64,000 bases of DNA from Lobosporangium transversale. Lineage: Eukaryota. Shown here piece after piece: positions 37,582 to 51,200 of this stretch; the stretch's first letter is position 1; each line of letters opens with the position of its first letter. Under the pieces are notes generated by a model. The model worked only from the letters and a program-made list of their open reading frames with translations, was not told where the DNA came from and did not search any database. The DNA lies in assembly GCF_002105155.1 (NCBI RefSeq), contig NW_019028993.1, positions 248,001 to 312,000 on the forward strand, in the 5' to 3' direction. The translations under genes were made by a program, and so were the position numbers.

Positions 37582-38875
37582 TTCTTCTTTCGCTTGTTTG
37601 TGGTTTCTTCCCTACTTTCTCTCGTCAGTCCACCACAATCCAGCTCATCTCCCTGTCCATCCTCCTTTGTCTCCACTTTCTCACCCTTCCACCTTATTCT
37701 TCTCTTTCACCCGTCCCTCTCTCCAGAGATATTGCCACGATCCTTTCTTCACTTACAGTACGATCAATCTTCCAGTCTTTATATCTATTCTTGTAATTCT
37801 TTTTCATCAATTCGTGAATAATGAACAAAAAGAAAAAAAGATAGCAAGAGTAATTACTCAGCTTGGACCCTCACACCACAACCCTCTCCTGTTCACGGTC
37901 TCCTTTTCTCTCCTTTTTCTTCCTTTCCATCCCTCTTCCTCCGTTCCACTTCCTACTCCTTATAAAAAAAGAAAGAAAGAAAAAAAAAAAAAAAAAAAAA
38001 GTACTATGGGATGCCTATCCTTCCTCGTGGTTGTTTTTTTTTTTTTTTTTTTTCATATCGAGTGTATTTTGATTTCTATAAAAAAAAAAAAGGCTTGATC
38101 CAAAGACAGCTTTGATGACGCATCAGTGCCTGTAGACCGGAATATGGGTCGTTCCTGAATTATTTTAGTGGAAAAATGGATGGAATTTATTGGATGGAAA
38201 GAAAGATCACATCTTTTTTTTTTTTTTTTTTTTTTTTCTCCTCCTTGAATGTCAAGTCCCTTTGGACTAGTGTACACCACACCTCTGTAGTTATCCTTTT
38301 AACATTTGCATTGACAATACCAAAGTACTATAGCTACACTTTTTTTTTTTTCTTTTTTCTTTTCCTTCATGGTTTTTCTCTTCCTCTTTCCACTCTCAAT
38401 TACGTCTCGCAGAAACATGTGCTCCACTTTATAACACATCCTGGCCTGTCACCCAATCGTTGTATCCATTTTAATTTTATCGTAGCTGTATGCCTTGACC
38501 GTTGCCTCTTCTACCAGTCTTTTTTATTTATTTATTTATTTATTTTTCTTTGCATGTGTATCTGCATTGAAATACTTGTTCTCTGCTTTGAAACATTGCC
38601 TCTCCCTTCCATCTGTGCAATTCTATTTCTATCAATATCTTACACGCGTACCGTGTGATATCATTTCTCCATTTTACCATTGGCTCACAATCCTTATTAA
38701 CTTTTTTTTTTTTTTTTTTTTTTACTTCCGACATTCTCGTGACACAGACAGAAAGATCTTCGTTTTTTTTTTTTTTTACCCGTCAAGCAGAATAACGATA
38801 CACGAATAAAACACCGGCAACAGCATAGCAAAAAAAAAAAAAAAAAAAAAAAAACACACCTTACTTTCAGCAATC

Positions 38876-40180
38876 ATGCGCTTGCTCTCTTCACGCGGTG
38901 CAGCCAAGCAAGAGGCATCTTCCTCGCATTCATCATCATACAAACCATCCTCTGCATCGCTCTCCCGATCCTCATCTTCCTTGACCTGGTCAGTCCTCTG
39001 CTCTTTTGTCATCCTCAATTCATTCCTGGCCTTGCTCTCGCCTTCAACTTCCGGTGGTCGAGCCCTTGCAGCCCTTGAGCCTGGATTCTGTGGAGACTGT
39101 CAAACATTCGCGAATGCCATCCAAGTCTGTGGTGGATCGTTCACTCCCGCAGATATTGAGATCGTTGGCGAATATGTCCTCCAACAAGCTTACTCCAAAT
39201 GTCTCTGTACAGAGGTGATGCAAAAAGTTCTCTGGACCTGTGCCAAATGTGAATTGCTGGCAGGTCATCACCAGGCCAAGGCGCCTCCACCTCAAAAGTA
39301 TCAGACCCAATGTATTGCTTGGGGAATGACGATTCAGGAATGGAAACAGCCCTACACCGGCACTGTCGCCCCTGGTACCCAGACAGATGTCACAGGAGGG
39401 GGCGGAACGAACCCGAACCCGAACCCTGAACCACAACCAACACAACCAAACCAACCCTCTGCCACCGGACCATCTAATCAACCCAAACCTTCAAACGGAA
39501 GTGGATCCAACCCCGGTAATGGGAATGGTGACGGAAACAACTCCACATCCCCTCCAAATGCCAATGAATCCAACTCTTCAGCTGACAACTCAGTCTCTGG
39601 AAACAAACCAGCGGAGCAGACCTCTACAGGATCCAACGGGCTTACAATTGGAATTGCTGGCGGTATCATCGGTATAGCCGTGGTTGCGGGTACGATCGCT
39701 GTGGTAATGATGAAGCGTCGCCGTCGCCGTCGCTCACCCTTGGATCTGGATTCGCTTCCTGGTCAGACCGGTCAGTTCGCGCCAATGGAAGACAAGTGGG
39801 AGAATTCTGTCCATCATCCTAGCTCACCTCCTTTGCCTCCTGCCCCTATTGCAAGCGCAACCCCTGTAGCTGGACACGCCCGTGGTGGTTATGATAACGC
39901 TGGATACATGGATGGCAATGGCAGTGCTGTTGGAGGATACGATCCACAGTATGATGGATACAATCAATACGATAACTATGATCAATACAATGGACATCAT
40001 GGAGGATATGGTGGACAGTACGGAGGGCAGTACATGGACCAAGGCCACTATGGGCAAGGACAGTACGATCAAGACTATCACCAAGGACACCCGGGACAAG
40101 ATGGGTATTCAGTGCGTGATTATGGTGGCTACGAAAACAAGAGCCAAGTTGGTGGACGTGATAACTCGCATTACATGTAA
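38876..40180 (+). CDS. Type I membrane protein with 8-Cys extracellular domain, Pro/Ser/Asn stalk and Tyr/Gly/Asp/Gln-rich tail (cell-surface sensor-like), 434 aa
   Basis: Single long ORF. Hydrophobic signal-like segment LTWSVLCSFVILNSFLALL; Cys pattern CxxC..C..CxC..CxxC..C; TM GLTIGIAGGIIGIAVVAGTIAVVMM followed by KRRRRRR. Confidence 0.8.
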   Translation: MRLLSSRGAAKQEASSSHSSSYKPSSASLSRSSSSLTWSVLCSFVILNSFLALLSPSTSGGRALAALEPGFCGDCQTFANAIQVCGGSFTPADIEIVGEYVLQQAYSKCLCTEVMQKVLWTCAKCELLAGHHQAKAPPPQKYQTQCIAWGMTIQEWKQPYTGTVAPGTQTDVTGGGGTNPNPNPEPQPTQPNQPSATGPSNQPKPSNGSGSNPGNGNGDGNNSTSPPNANESNSSADNSVSGNKPAEQTSTGSNGLTIGIAGGIIGIAVVAGTIAVVMMKRRRRRRSPLDLDSLPGQTGQFAPMEDKWENSVHHPSSPPLPPAPIASATPVAGHARGGYDNAGYMDGNGSAVGGYDPQYDGYNQYDNYDQYNGHHGGYGGQYGGQYMDQGHYGQGQYDQDYHQGHPGQDGYSVRDYGGYENKSQVGGRDNSHYM

Positions 40181-43100
40181 AAGGAAGAGGGTCGACTCCC
40201 TTCCTCCCCTTCCAGTCCTCGACACCATTTTATACACCTACATCAACATCAGCATACTCACACACATTTATATTCACATCCATATCAAATAATCCCATTC
40301 TTCTTGTTCTTGCAAGGCCTATAAAAACGAATAAAAAAGAAAGAGGAGAGGGAAAAAAAAAAACCCCCCCGACGTTGATAAATTTCTTTATTAGTTAAAA
40401 TACCTGATTAGCAATTGATAATAAATAAATAATATAATTAAATAGATAATTTATGAAGTAAAAACAATAGTAACCAAGAGAATGATGGCCTCTATTTCGA
40501 CAAATACTTTATCAAAGTTATTCAAAGTTACAATTACAGCTACTACAACGGGCTCGCTCTTGATACCCAAAGATTATCGGTGTTATCGAGGAAATGATAT
40601 ATACTACTGTTGCGTTATTCTCTGCATTGTTGACGGGGGAATAAGGTGGGAGGACTATACTCCAGGAATGAAGGGAAAAAAAAGGGCTTTTTTTTTCGCA
40701 AAGGTGTGAATCAGAATACTGTGTGGCTGAATCGGCCCTGGCTCCTAAGGCACGAAAAAAAGGAAAGATATAAGGCTAACGACAATGAAAATATTGTATA
40801 TATTGCAGAGAGATCTATCAAGCAAGAATTGAATGGTTCGTAGCCTTGTAAAAGATGCGAGAGATATTGGGTTTTCTTCAGATGTACGGTTGATGAGGAT
40901 GGCTAAATTCAACGAAGACTTACAGCATTGTAGGAAGTGAATGACAAAGAAGATATTTTAAAGAGCCCCCCCTTTAGCTTTTTACACTGATGCAGGATCA
41001 AAACAACAACCAGGAGAGCAAGTATTCAAGTATTGGAATCAATATCTTTAAAAAGAAAGATGAACCGAACCAATGGGTAGCATTTTAGTAAACAAAGTGT
41101 GTAATTCCCCTGCTTTGAGGAGCAACGTCGTAATATGCACGAGCCACCAAAAACTCCTGATTTTATGTCCATGAATATCTAATAGTGGTTGTGGGTTTCC
41201 CAAGTCAAGTGACCGCAGATGGTGAACAATGAGGAAGACAAAAAAAAAAAAAAAAAAGAAATTCGTAATTGTGTGGTGCAAAGAGTTGGTTTGTTACCAA
41301 GTTAGATATAAATGGCGTGATTAAAATTATATGCCGCGTTGAGAATCAACGTCTCTGCCTTGGTTTCTCCATCACGTTTTACTTTTTGCTTTGAATGTAC
41401 TAAAAAAGTTCATTGATAAGATAGACATGATGCTTGGTTCTCTTATCTGCGGTAGTAGTTTATACCCTTTGTATAGGAAGGAGCCGGTCCGATGATATGG
41501 GAGCTATCTATGCACGTCCCGATAGTTGTTATCAAGTTATAGTTCAACTTTTTATTCTAGGGACTCGCATCGTACTCAATGCTATACCTTTCAACATCAA
41601 TCCTCGTACTTTCTTCGTAATAGTGATGACTGTTATCCACCATGTTCATTCTAATTGGCTTGGCTGTACTAGCAAAGATTTGCCTAAATGCCGCAGTGGA
41701 AATTGTTTACCAAATTGATACAGAAAGCTGGTCTGGTTCCTGTAGCATCATATAAGGCATCGATACCATAATGTCCATATCCTAAAAGAAAAAAAAAATG
41801 AATAAAAAACCTATCTTCGATACTTGTTTGATAAGGTTGCTATGTGTTTGGTCGAATATGTGTGTTTTACTTTTAAGGAGATTGGTCATGAATATGAAAA
41901 GTGATTTGTAGAAGAAAAGAGAATGAATGAGACAAGAAACTAGACCAATGGGTACTAGAGACGTGCAAAAAAAGAAAATAAAGTCGACTGTTTCTGACTG
42001 AAAAAAGGAGATTGCAGAAATAGAGGATGCGGTAGTGCATTTGAACAAGCTCCGCGGATAGGGAGAAAGAAAACGCGTCTGTTGCACTGATCCCTCCACC
42101 CAATGTAGCGACAGAATTTGCGGCCCTTTAGATTACTCAACCTGTAGCATGCAAGACGTTATCTTCATTTGTATTCCTTGCGCAGTAATGGCGAGCTTGT
42201 CAATGGCAGTGTCGCTTACCTTTGCAACAGTGCATGCACACAACAACTCTTTCGTTTTCTCTTTCGGATTGTATTTTATCCATTCCTCCCATGTACATGT
42301 ACAGTACACAACACAAAACCCCATTCGATCAGACAAAACTGAACTTGAAAAATTATTGTGAAAAATGCAAAAGTCTGTATTTTGACCTGGCCCTGTCCTT
42401 TGCAAGGCCGACGCCCTGTTGTCTTTTTATTTCATTATTGTTACTTTTTTCTAATTGTTGTCTTTGTGCAACCATGTGTGTATGTTCTAGTGCAATAAGA
42501 AAGAAAAAAAAGATAACATGCCATCGTGAATTGCACCTAATCTGACGTTCTCGTTATGATAGAGGTGGTCTGTGTCCACAGTATTTGTTTTTCTTTGAAG
42601 CCATTTTATCTTGATACATATTTGGGTCAAGGCACGAATCAGGTCAGATGGAAGAAAAAAAAGGACACAATCTTGAAATTGATTCGGAACGTTAGTTGGG
42701 CTTTGTACGTCCTGAAAAAGTCTCTATCTAAACACATTCTTGCATGAAAAATAAAAAGAAGGAAAAAAAACCATACCAAGGCAAGGCATGGGAAGGAAAG
42801 GAAGGCCTCTCCTATTACCCTATTGTTATGCACAGCGAATGACAAGACTTTTTCTCTACAAAGACGAATAAGCGAAGGAGAGGTCACGACAAGGCCATTA
42901 GAGCAATAGGAAATAAATTTGGCCAGTGATCATTGGCCAGATTACTTCCCATGCATACGGCAATGGGTCAAGTCGGGGGGGAAATCCTTAGTATTTAGTG
43001 TTTTGGTGATTAGTACCTCTCTGCTCTGGATTGACTAGGAGAGACAAAAAAAAAAATCTTACTCTCTCCACAACTAACTTTACCGTTGTGAACCCTGTTG

Positions 43101-43820
43101 TTCATCATAAACCCAACGGGGATTAAGAGCACTTTGCACCTGCAAAAAAAAAAAAAGAGGTATGCATATCATTTATAGTTGCTACGTGATAACCATCAAT
43201 GAAAATATGATACAAGGCTTTTTATGATGTGGTGCGATAACGACAGTAAAAGCAATGGAAGCAGTGATGGAGTCAAAGACAAATATAAAGACAAGCGGTA
43301 ACATACACAAGGGTTAAAGTTACAGTAAGGAAGTATCGAAATAATTACTGTTACTTGATTATCAAAGTATTACAAGCGTGGGCAAAAAACAAAAAAACTT
43401 GCATTCACCATGTACAGGACCCACCCTTGCTTTCCTTGTTCCTTCTTCTCTTTCTTTTCTCTTCTCTTTTCGTTTTAGTTTTTTATTTTATTTATTTTTT
43501 GATTTTTGATTTTTGATTTCTTTCCTCTCAAGATCATTTTCTTTTTTCTAGTCAAGCCTTGCCAAGCCTCTTTTCTTCGTTCTCCTCAAAGGACTCGGCT
43601 TTTTATTCACCTCATCAGCTACTTTTATTTTTTATTTTATTTTTATTTTTATTTTTTCCTTTTATTGAATTCATTCATAATTACCTTTTATTCGTGCAGT
43701 TCTAAAGTACATTCACAATCAACACGGCGTTTCCATTTATACATTCATTATTCATCCATCGATTCATCCTCTCCTTCATTCATCCCCGAATAAACGGCTT
43801 TGCTTTTCTACTCTGTGCCA

Positions 43821-46800
43821 ATGACTGCTCAGGAAGGGTAAGTCTACTGACTGCTCATACTTCGTCAACTCTTTTTTTTTTTTCTTTTATTTCTTTTTTT
43901 TTTTTTTTTTTTTTTTGTGTGGCTCAAAGACCCCCAAGGAAGCAAAAGTAGATGCAGTGCAGTGCAGACATCAATAAAATAAAAAGAGCACAGATGTTTA
44001 TTACCAGTAACCAGCAACCTCCGAGTCAGTGGTTAGGCTTTTTTAATAATAATGAAAAAGAGACATCATTGAAACCAGACCTGGATGAACAGTATTTCAA
44101 ATGGAACAAAACCTCCGCTACTCTACATTACAACCTGAATCATGAAGGAAAGGAATCGGATTCCGACAACTTGAACTGTCAAGTTGTCATAGATTACATC
44201 GTTCTCCACTAAGCATATTAATCGGTCGTGGATATATATATATATTTTTATTTTTTTCTCATTGCTTCTTTTTATTCATTATTGCTGGCATTAATCTTTA
44301 TTTTTTCTTTCTTTACCTTGTCCAAGCAGCCTTCAGATTGAAATCTCGGGCATTCCTGCCGAGAACGGCAAGTGCAGAGTGGAAACGCAGCTCAAGATTA
44401 CACTCCGGTTAAAGGATGCCCATGGAGAGATTGTCAAGGACTGGAAACAACTTCGATTACCTCGACCCTTGATCGCTAAAGAAAAACATCGCATGGAAAA
44501 GTTCAATGGTACTGGGAATATGTTTCTGATCTCTTTTTTTTATTTTTTTTTTATATAGTTTACTTTAGAACCTGAATATCATTGCCATTTGTAATGATTA
44601 CATTACCCAAAGGGATAACGTGCTAACTCTTATTGTTGTTTTCCTTATGCTTTGATCATTCAGGTCGGAGCAAGCATGTTCAAGATTCAGAAATCTTGAC
44701 TTTAGATGCCAAATTAGTGTGTGACCATGACAGGACAAAAATCTTGGAATGCTGTGATAATTGCATTGGAAGAGAGCGCAAGCGGGCCCATCGCCGGAAA
44801 GAGTCGCAAAAGTTACCAGGACCTCTTTCATCCATACCCATTTTCGGTTCCGTCAATTCCAAGAACAGCGCGGCATCGCTTGATAATGAAGCCAATCCAC
44901 CCACGCCTACTGATCCAATTGAATATCAGCAATGGGAGCGCAACCGCATTATGGTTTTCAGCAGCACAGAATACGTCGATATCTCGTTAGGCGAATGTCT
45001 CTTACCTACACGCATCACCTGCTACTGCCGACACCATAATGAAAAAGTTGGATTTCGGTAAGTCTTTGCTGAATATAGATCATAATTTTTGAGGCCAGTT
45101 TGCGCCACCATGCAATCAACCTTAATTTTGTTTGGCACAGCGGCCTTTCCCGAGAATTGTGTCCCTATTTTGTGTTTGTCATGGACATTGTCATCGTTCA
45201 GGGAATGCTTAAATTGCAAGATAGGGGAAGGGACAAACAGGGGGAAAGAGCGAAACCCCGTGGTGCATGTAAAGTTCCATTTAATATGAGCAGAAATCTT
45301 TTGTTTCGGCATGGACATCGGCATGGGCATCGCATAGCTTGGCTTGGCAAACAATCACAAGGGACCGTTAGCGATTTTTCAGCTGAAATCACAAAAAAAA
45401 ACAAAATTAATTATACACATGCTCATCATGCTTTTCTTGTCAATTTGTGTACACATGGTTTCATTTAGAATCCAATTTACTGCTAAGGATTCGGCTGGTG
45501 TAACATTAGCCACCGTTTTGACCAACCCAGTCATGATGATGGATGATCATAAATCCGGAAAGAGGAACTCAATTGCTCAGTCAAAGGGTTTAGGTGTTGC
45601 AAGTACAACAAACGGAGTGAAAAAGTCTAAACTAGGAGCAAAGAGTATATCAAAACCCCAAGATGTCTCAAACAAGCAAGATAGCCTGGACCAGGGACTG
45701 CAACATCAGGACGGAGAGGAAGATGACGACCAAGAGGATATGGATGAGGAGGAGGAAGATGCTCTAAAGGGGCCTGAAGAGATCGACCTCGAGGCCGGTC
45801 ATCATATACCTGCTCACGACTTCCCAGAGCAGAACTCGAAATTTGAAGATTCCGAGATTCTGTCGGGCGACATATTGACTCCACTGGCTTCCACAATTGG
45901 CGGAGCAGGCGCGAAGCGGCGGGTAGATGAGAATATGATGGAAGATGTTCAATTATCTTCACACTCAGATGGCTTACGTGGTCCATTTCGCCGGAAAACA
46001 AGTCACGATGTCACATCCACGACCGAACCCTCATCCCTTTTCTCATCCTCAGGACTCGGTTTTGCATCAACTACGATGCTCTCTTCACAATCGCCATTTA
46101 TGCCAGGTTCACCGTTCGCAAAAGAAGAGCAGGACAATGTGTTCACACCTTCGTTCTCACAAGCATTGGGTCAAGACAGTTTTCTGGATCAGAGAAATAT
46201 TGATATGTACTTGCACCGGACCATCGGCTCTATCCCTCGTCGTCAATCGAAAGATTCGGGTGAGCATGATTCATCGATGATGGAATTCACGACACTTGAT
46301 GAGTCCATGTCATCTCCACCAGAATCATTCCCAACATCAACATTGTCCAACGGTAGCACATCTGCAGGAAAGACAGGACAATCTCATGAGCCCACATCAC
46401 TCTCTAACACAAGCCAAGCATCCGTCACACAAGCGTCAACATCTGTTCCTGTGTCAGATTATTCACAAGGACCTATAACAACACCTGCAGTGTCAAGTAC
46501 TGGGTCCAACCCTTTTAATTCTGGGATGTTCAGTTCTGCATTTGGCAGTACATTACAAACAAGTTCAACGCAAAGTCGCACTACAGCCCCTGGAATGTCA
46601 TCAAGTTTCTTGGATGCTTCGCAGATGCAAGAATTCCAAAACTTCAAACGTCAGAGTCTACTTCAACAGAAGCAACAGCAGATTTTGTTGCAACTTCAGC
46701 AAGGCATTCAACAGCAGAGCCAGCGACAAATGGAAACGAAGCCGGTCCCCTGGACTATCCCCAAAGGCAACAATGCGGACCCTTACTTGAATATGCGTAT

Positions 46801-48070
46801 TGCCATGTCCCAAACTACCGATCCATTGTCAAGCGCATTCATCCCTTCCTCGACTTCATCATCCGAGGATAACAAGAAGGACGCAACAACAACAGACGAT
46901 GATGCGAACGGGGCACTATCCTCAACGACACCCATTACTGCCACTTCGATAGAATCATCGCTAGCGCCAAAGAAGAGAGGTCGCCCGCGAAAGTCTACAG
47001 CTACGCTCCCCACGTCCGAAGCCAACTCACCGGTCCTTTCACCAAAAACCCCAGTAGACACCCCACGATCACCGTCGCCGGCATCAGCAGCACCAGCAGC
47101 ACCAGCAGCGCCACTGTCAGCTTCTGCTGCTGCTGCTGCCGCTGCTGCACAATATGCGCTATTTCAGCAACAGCAGCAACAACAGCTACAGCGTCACCAA
47201 CAGCAACTTCAGCAGCAACAAAAACAAGCTATTTTGGCTCGTCAGAGACCACGTGTCCAAAAAGTAATTCCTTCACGTGGATCTGTGGAGGGGGATACCG
47301 AAATTACTCTCCTGGGCAGTGGATTTTATCCTGGAATAGTGCCGACGTTTGATGGCGTCCCCGCATTAAACGTACAATATTATGGACCGGAAACAGTGAT
47401 CTGTCGCTTGCCACCAAGGAGCTTCCCTGGAACAGTCATAGTCAAGGCACAAAATCAACTGAGTGCATTGACATCTGTATCTAATCCAGGGCTGATAGTT
47501 CCGGGCCTTGGACTTGGAAAGGATGATGCAAATAGTAGTGACCTTGTTAGGACTATGTCCCAGCTTTTTGGAGGACCATCGACTGTACAGAGCAGTGGAA
47601 TACTGGATGATGATGTGGGTGTGTTGTTTGAGTATGAGGAAAGTAAAGGCGATCGCGACTTGATGGCGCTGGCGTTGCAAGTGCTCAGTTTGAAGATGAA
47701 TGGTCGTGTAGAACCCCCTCACCAGATTGCAATGCGAATCATGGGAACTGCAGCAGCATCGAATAGTCTGATGGGTCCAAGTTCAGTGGGCCAGATTGGA
47801 GGAGCATCGCAGTCCCAGTTGCAGTTGCAGTCGCAACAGCCGCTTGCTCAACAACAGCAATCACTACTAGGGTTCGGAGGACTCCAACCGAATGCACTTT
47901 CTCAGCAACTTCAGCCTCAGGCCCAGGCTCAGCTACAATCTTCCGGGATAGGCTCATTAGCGATACAAAATCCAACTTTAACCAATGGGTCCATTCTGGG
48001 TACGGGCATGCTGGGTTTTAACAACTTTATGAATTCGATGGGAGGGTCGAATGGTAGTAGCGGGCTGTAA
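43821..48070 (+). CDS. Spt23/Mga2-like transcription factor (DNA-binding-like domain plus IPT/TIG), ~1063 aa, no ankyrin repeats or TM
   Basis: Exons 43821-43837, 44330-44508, 44664-45057 and 45469-48070, in frame. Motifs KCRVETQLKITL, CDNCIGRERKRA.RRK, RITCYCRHH.EK.GF, TNPVMMMDDHK, IPT domain PRVQKVIPSRGSVEGDTEITLLGSGF, and post-IPT DRDLMALALQVL.LKMNG. Confidence 0.85.
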
Positions 48071-48179
48071 ATGGTGCCCCTTTCTGTTTGTTAGCTAGCT
48101 ATCTGTCGCTTTCTAATCCGTTTGGCCCATTCTCTGTTTCCTCCACATCACCATTATTTTCCCGTTCTCATTAGATATA

Positions 48180-48211
<32 letters not shown>

Positions 48212-51200
48212 CTCATCTCATCCTTAATTTTACCTTTCATTGCCTATTTTTTTTCCCTGTTCTCTTGTTTTCTCTTTGTTTGTTTATCTCTTTAATATGA
48301 TTGTAACCTCATTTGTCATCCTTCGACATCTTGTAAAGTATAATAAAGTGAAATCAATCGCCTTTACATGGTGGTGATGGTTTGTTTCTTTTATATCTTT
48401 ATGTTTTTTTTTTTTTTTTTTTTTTTTTCTTGCGCTTTGGGACGTTGCTATATGAAACTCAAGCTCATCACTTTGACAATATCATCCTCAAGGTGATTAG
48501 AAACAATCCTTGCGTGAATTGAGTTTTGTTCTAGGGGTTTGATCCTAGAAATCCAAGAAGGACAAACCGCTGTGACGACTGTCGCTAGCCAGAATATCAT
48601 TGCAAGAAAACTGAGTGGAGGGACTTGAAAACTAATTGTCATGACCATAGACTTTAAAAAAAATAAAATAAAAATAAAAATAAAGAGAATATTTCAAAGT
48701 ATGTCCGTACTTGAATAGACATGAGGTTGTCGCGCACACATCCTCCCGCGTCTGGAAATGCCTCGTTGACGCGAGTTTCAGGCGGCTTATCAGAAAGCTA
48801 ATCGGTCTTACAGTTTTGTAGAGTACAGCAGCACCGTTTTAAAGGCTGCACTAAGCTGTAGCGCAACAGAATTAACCATGAGGTTGTCTTAGATATGGCG
48901 ATACCGATATCGAGCGTTTCTCTGCTCCCTCTGCCCCCCCCCTATTAGTCTTTCATCGATTAAAGGTCTGGCTGGGATTCGATTTTACTGACAATTTACC
49001 AGCTGTGGATCAAGGCATACTTGGCTATGCTATGGTCCATAACGGCAACTAATCTCGAAATCTTGATGTATAATATTGCTTCCATATAACGCAGCTAGCT
49101 GCTTACTATAACTGTTTGGTTCGCCCAAAGGAGCAAGGTAGAAGCCAAGTAAATGCAACCAGCATTCAATAGCGTCAGGAATATGACATTGGAGGAAGGG
49201 TTTCTCAGATGGTGAGCCAGCTATGCTCCTGGCAAAACAGTAAAAAAAAAAAAAAAAAAAGCCCATTGGTTATGTTAAGAACTAGATTAGCATTAGATAC
49301 TCCAGCCAAACCGCGCATGATTTAATATATGGTCCGCAAGCAAAACAATGTTTATCCCCACCTATTCATTCGATACTATTAAAAAATACATAAAAGTAAT
49401 ATGTATTTGTATACATGTCAGTCTTGCTTGCAGCATTGTGAGGACATGCATGTTTCTTCTGATCGCCACCATCACCTTCCACATGAACCCCTCAAAGTCT
49501 TACATGCCTCGAGCGAGAGCGCTTTCTTCTTTCAAAATGGCCCCTAGCATGGCCCGAACTTTGGGAAGCCTTTGGCAAAAAGTTTAATATTCGCGAAAAA
49601 GGTACATTGGCTGATGCTCTCAAAAAGAACGCGACAGCAATTCACAATTCAATAGAGTCAATGAAAATAAAAGCCTGGGCAAGCGAGCTTCTTTCTGCTG
49701 TGAAGATTCGTGAAGCTTTGTTTTTCTTTATAAAATAGTTTTTTTTTTTTTTTTTCTTTTTGCACTTGGCTCTTAGATCAGTTCATACAAACACCGAAAA
49801 TTCTAGTCGGCGACGAGGGTGCTTGGATAGGCCGTGCTTCTTCCTGATTAACCTCTTTTTTTTATTCTGGTTCGCTTTGTGCTGCTAGGTTGTTCGGAGC
49901 GTTCCCTAGCTTTGTTCTGCAGCTGTCCAGGGTTTGTGCGGTTTGTAGTCTAAGGGTAGCATGAATAGAGAGAGAAGTAGACAGAAAAAAAAGAAGGGCC
50001 AAAATAAGAACAATGAAGCATAGACTGGGAAAGCTGTGAACTTCAGTAGGAGTGGCTGTTTGAGGACTGAGGAGAGAGTCAAAATTGGACTTTTTTTTTT
50101 TTATTTGCTTTAATTTTTTATGTAGGTGAAAGAAGAAGAGAATGAACAGTAGTGATCGGATTCCAAGGCGCGGTATACCAAGTACCTTGCTTGCTGTACG
50201 CTCAAGAGCGACCAATAAAATATCAACAACAATAAAAAAATAGACGTGTCTTTGATGTCATCTGTCACATTTCAAATGAAAATGAGGAAACAAAGTATCA
50301 ACGCTTATTTGTAAAAAGTCTGTTCGGACAAAAACTGCCGCAGTACAATTCCCACGAATAGTCTATCCTATTCCTTGTTAGGGATGAAGAGAGGATGGGA
50401 GAAGAGAGTCAAATGGCTAACTTGGCTGGTAAGTGCCCGGTGGGCCCTATTACTAAGAGCCAAAAGGTACTTGAGCTTAATGCTGATGAAAAACGGAGTA
50501 TGCGAGTTTCTAACAAGCCTGTCTCCGAACCTCGTCCTTTTACTCCAGCTGCAGCACCGTTTTTCTTTCTTTCTTTGTTGTACACTATACAAAGAGAGCA
50601 ATGTGGCTCGTGCTCTTGTTGTGGAAAGGGAGGCTGTTGTATGTATGACCCTGCATATCTTTGAGGATAGAATGTTATTAATGCTATTCTCACCTTCACC
50701 CGTGGGAGTTTTTTCTTTCTCCACTTTGCGAGCATATGAAAATTAACGAATGATATCACAGGTGCGCAGCTTATTTAATCTTCTTCTTGAATAAGGCGCA
50801 AAAAAAAGCAAAATGCCGAATATGTGTTTGTTATTCAGTCAATTCTTTGAAATCACAAATTGGTTTCAGGGACACGTCCAACAAATAAAAGCAAACCTTA
50901 TTTGACGAACGACGGTTTGGCGATTTCCTTCTTTAATGTTGTTACCGTTCTTTTTCTTTTTTTGCCAAAAGCCTTGCACTGTTGACAACAAGAGTCCCAT
51001 TGTCAAGTTCCTTAGTTTCGCATGAATAAAAAAGTCACCAGATGTATAAATACCTCTCTTTTCCCCCACCAAGCTTGCACCTCACTCAGTCGCTTTTTAA
51101 GTTCCTGGTGCGTCTGCCCGCGGCGTTGCATCAGCAAGTAGTTCTGGCCCACCACAGGTGCGAATCAGGCGAAAACGTTGCCCCAGCGCTTCAACAAGGC

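Noticed and set aside
41400..42405. Coding-like fragments on the minus strand (also about 52900-54300 and 57950-58900), possibly decayed genes
   Set aside because: Balanced base composition but no motif I can assign; BLASTX would be needed.
43952..44212. 86-aa ORF inside intron 1 of the Spt23-like gene
   Set aside because: No recognisable motif and no convincing donor linking it in frame to exon 2.
50395..50664. 89-aa ORF ending in Cys-rich CGSCSCCGKGGCC
   Set aside because: Overlaps three other similar-length ORFs, and there is no codon-bias or family evidence; cannot be supported without expression or homology data.
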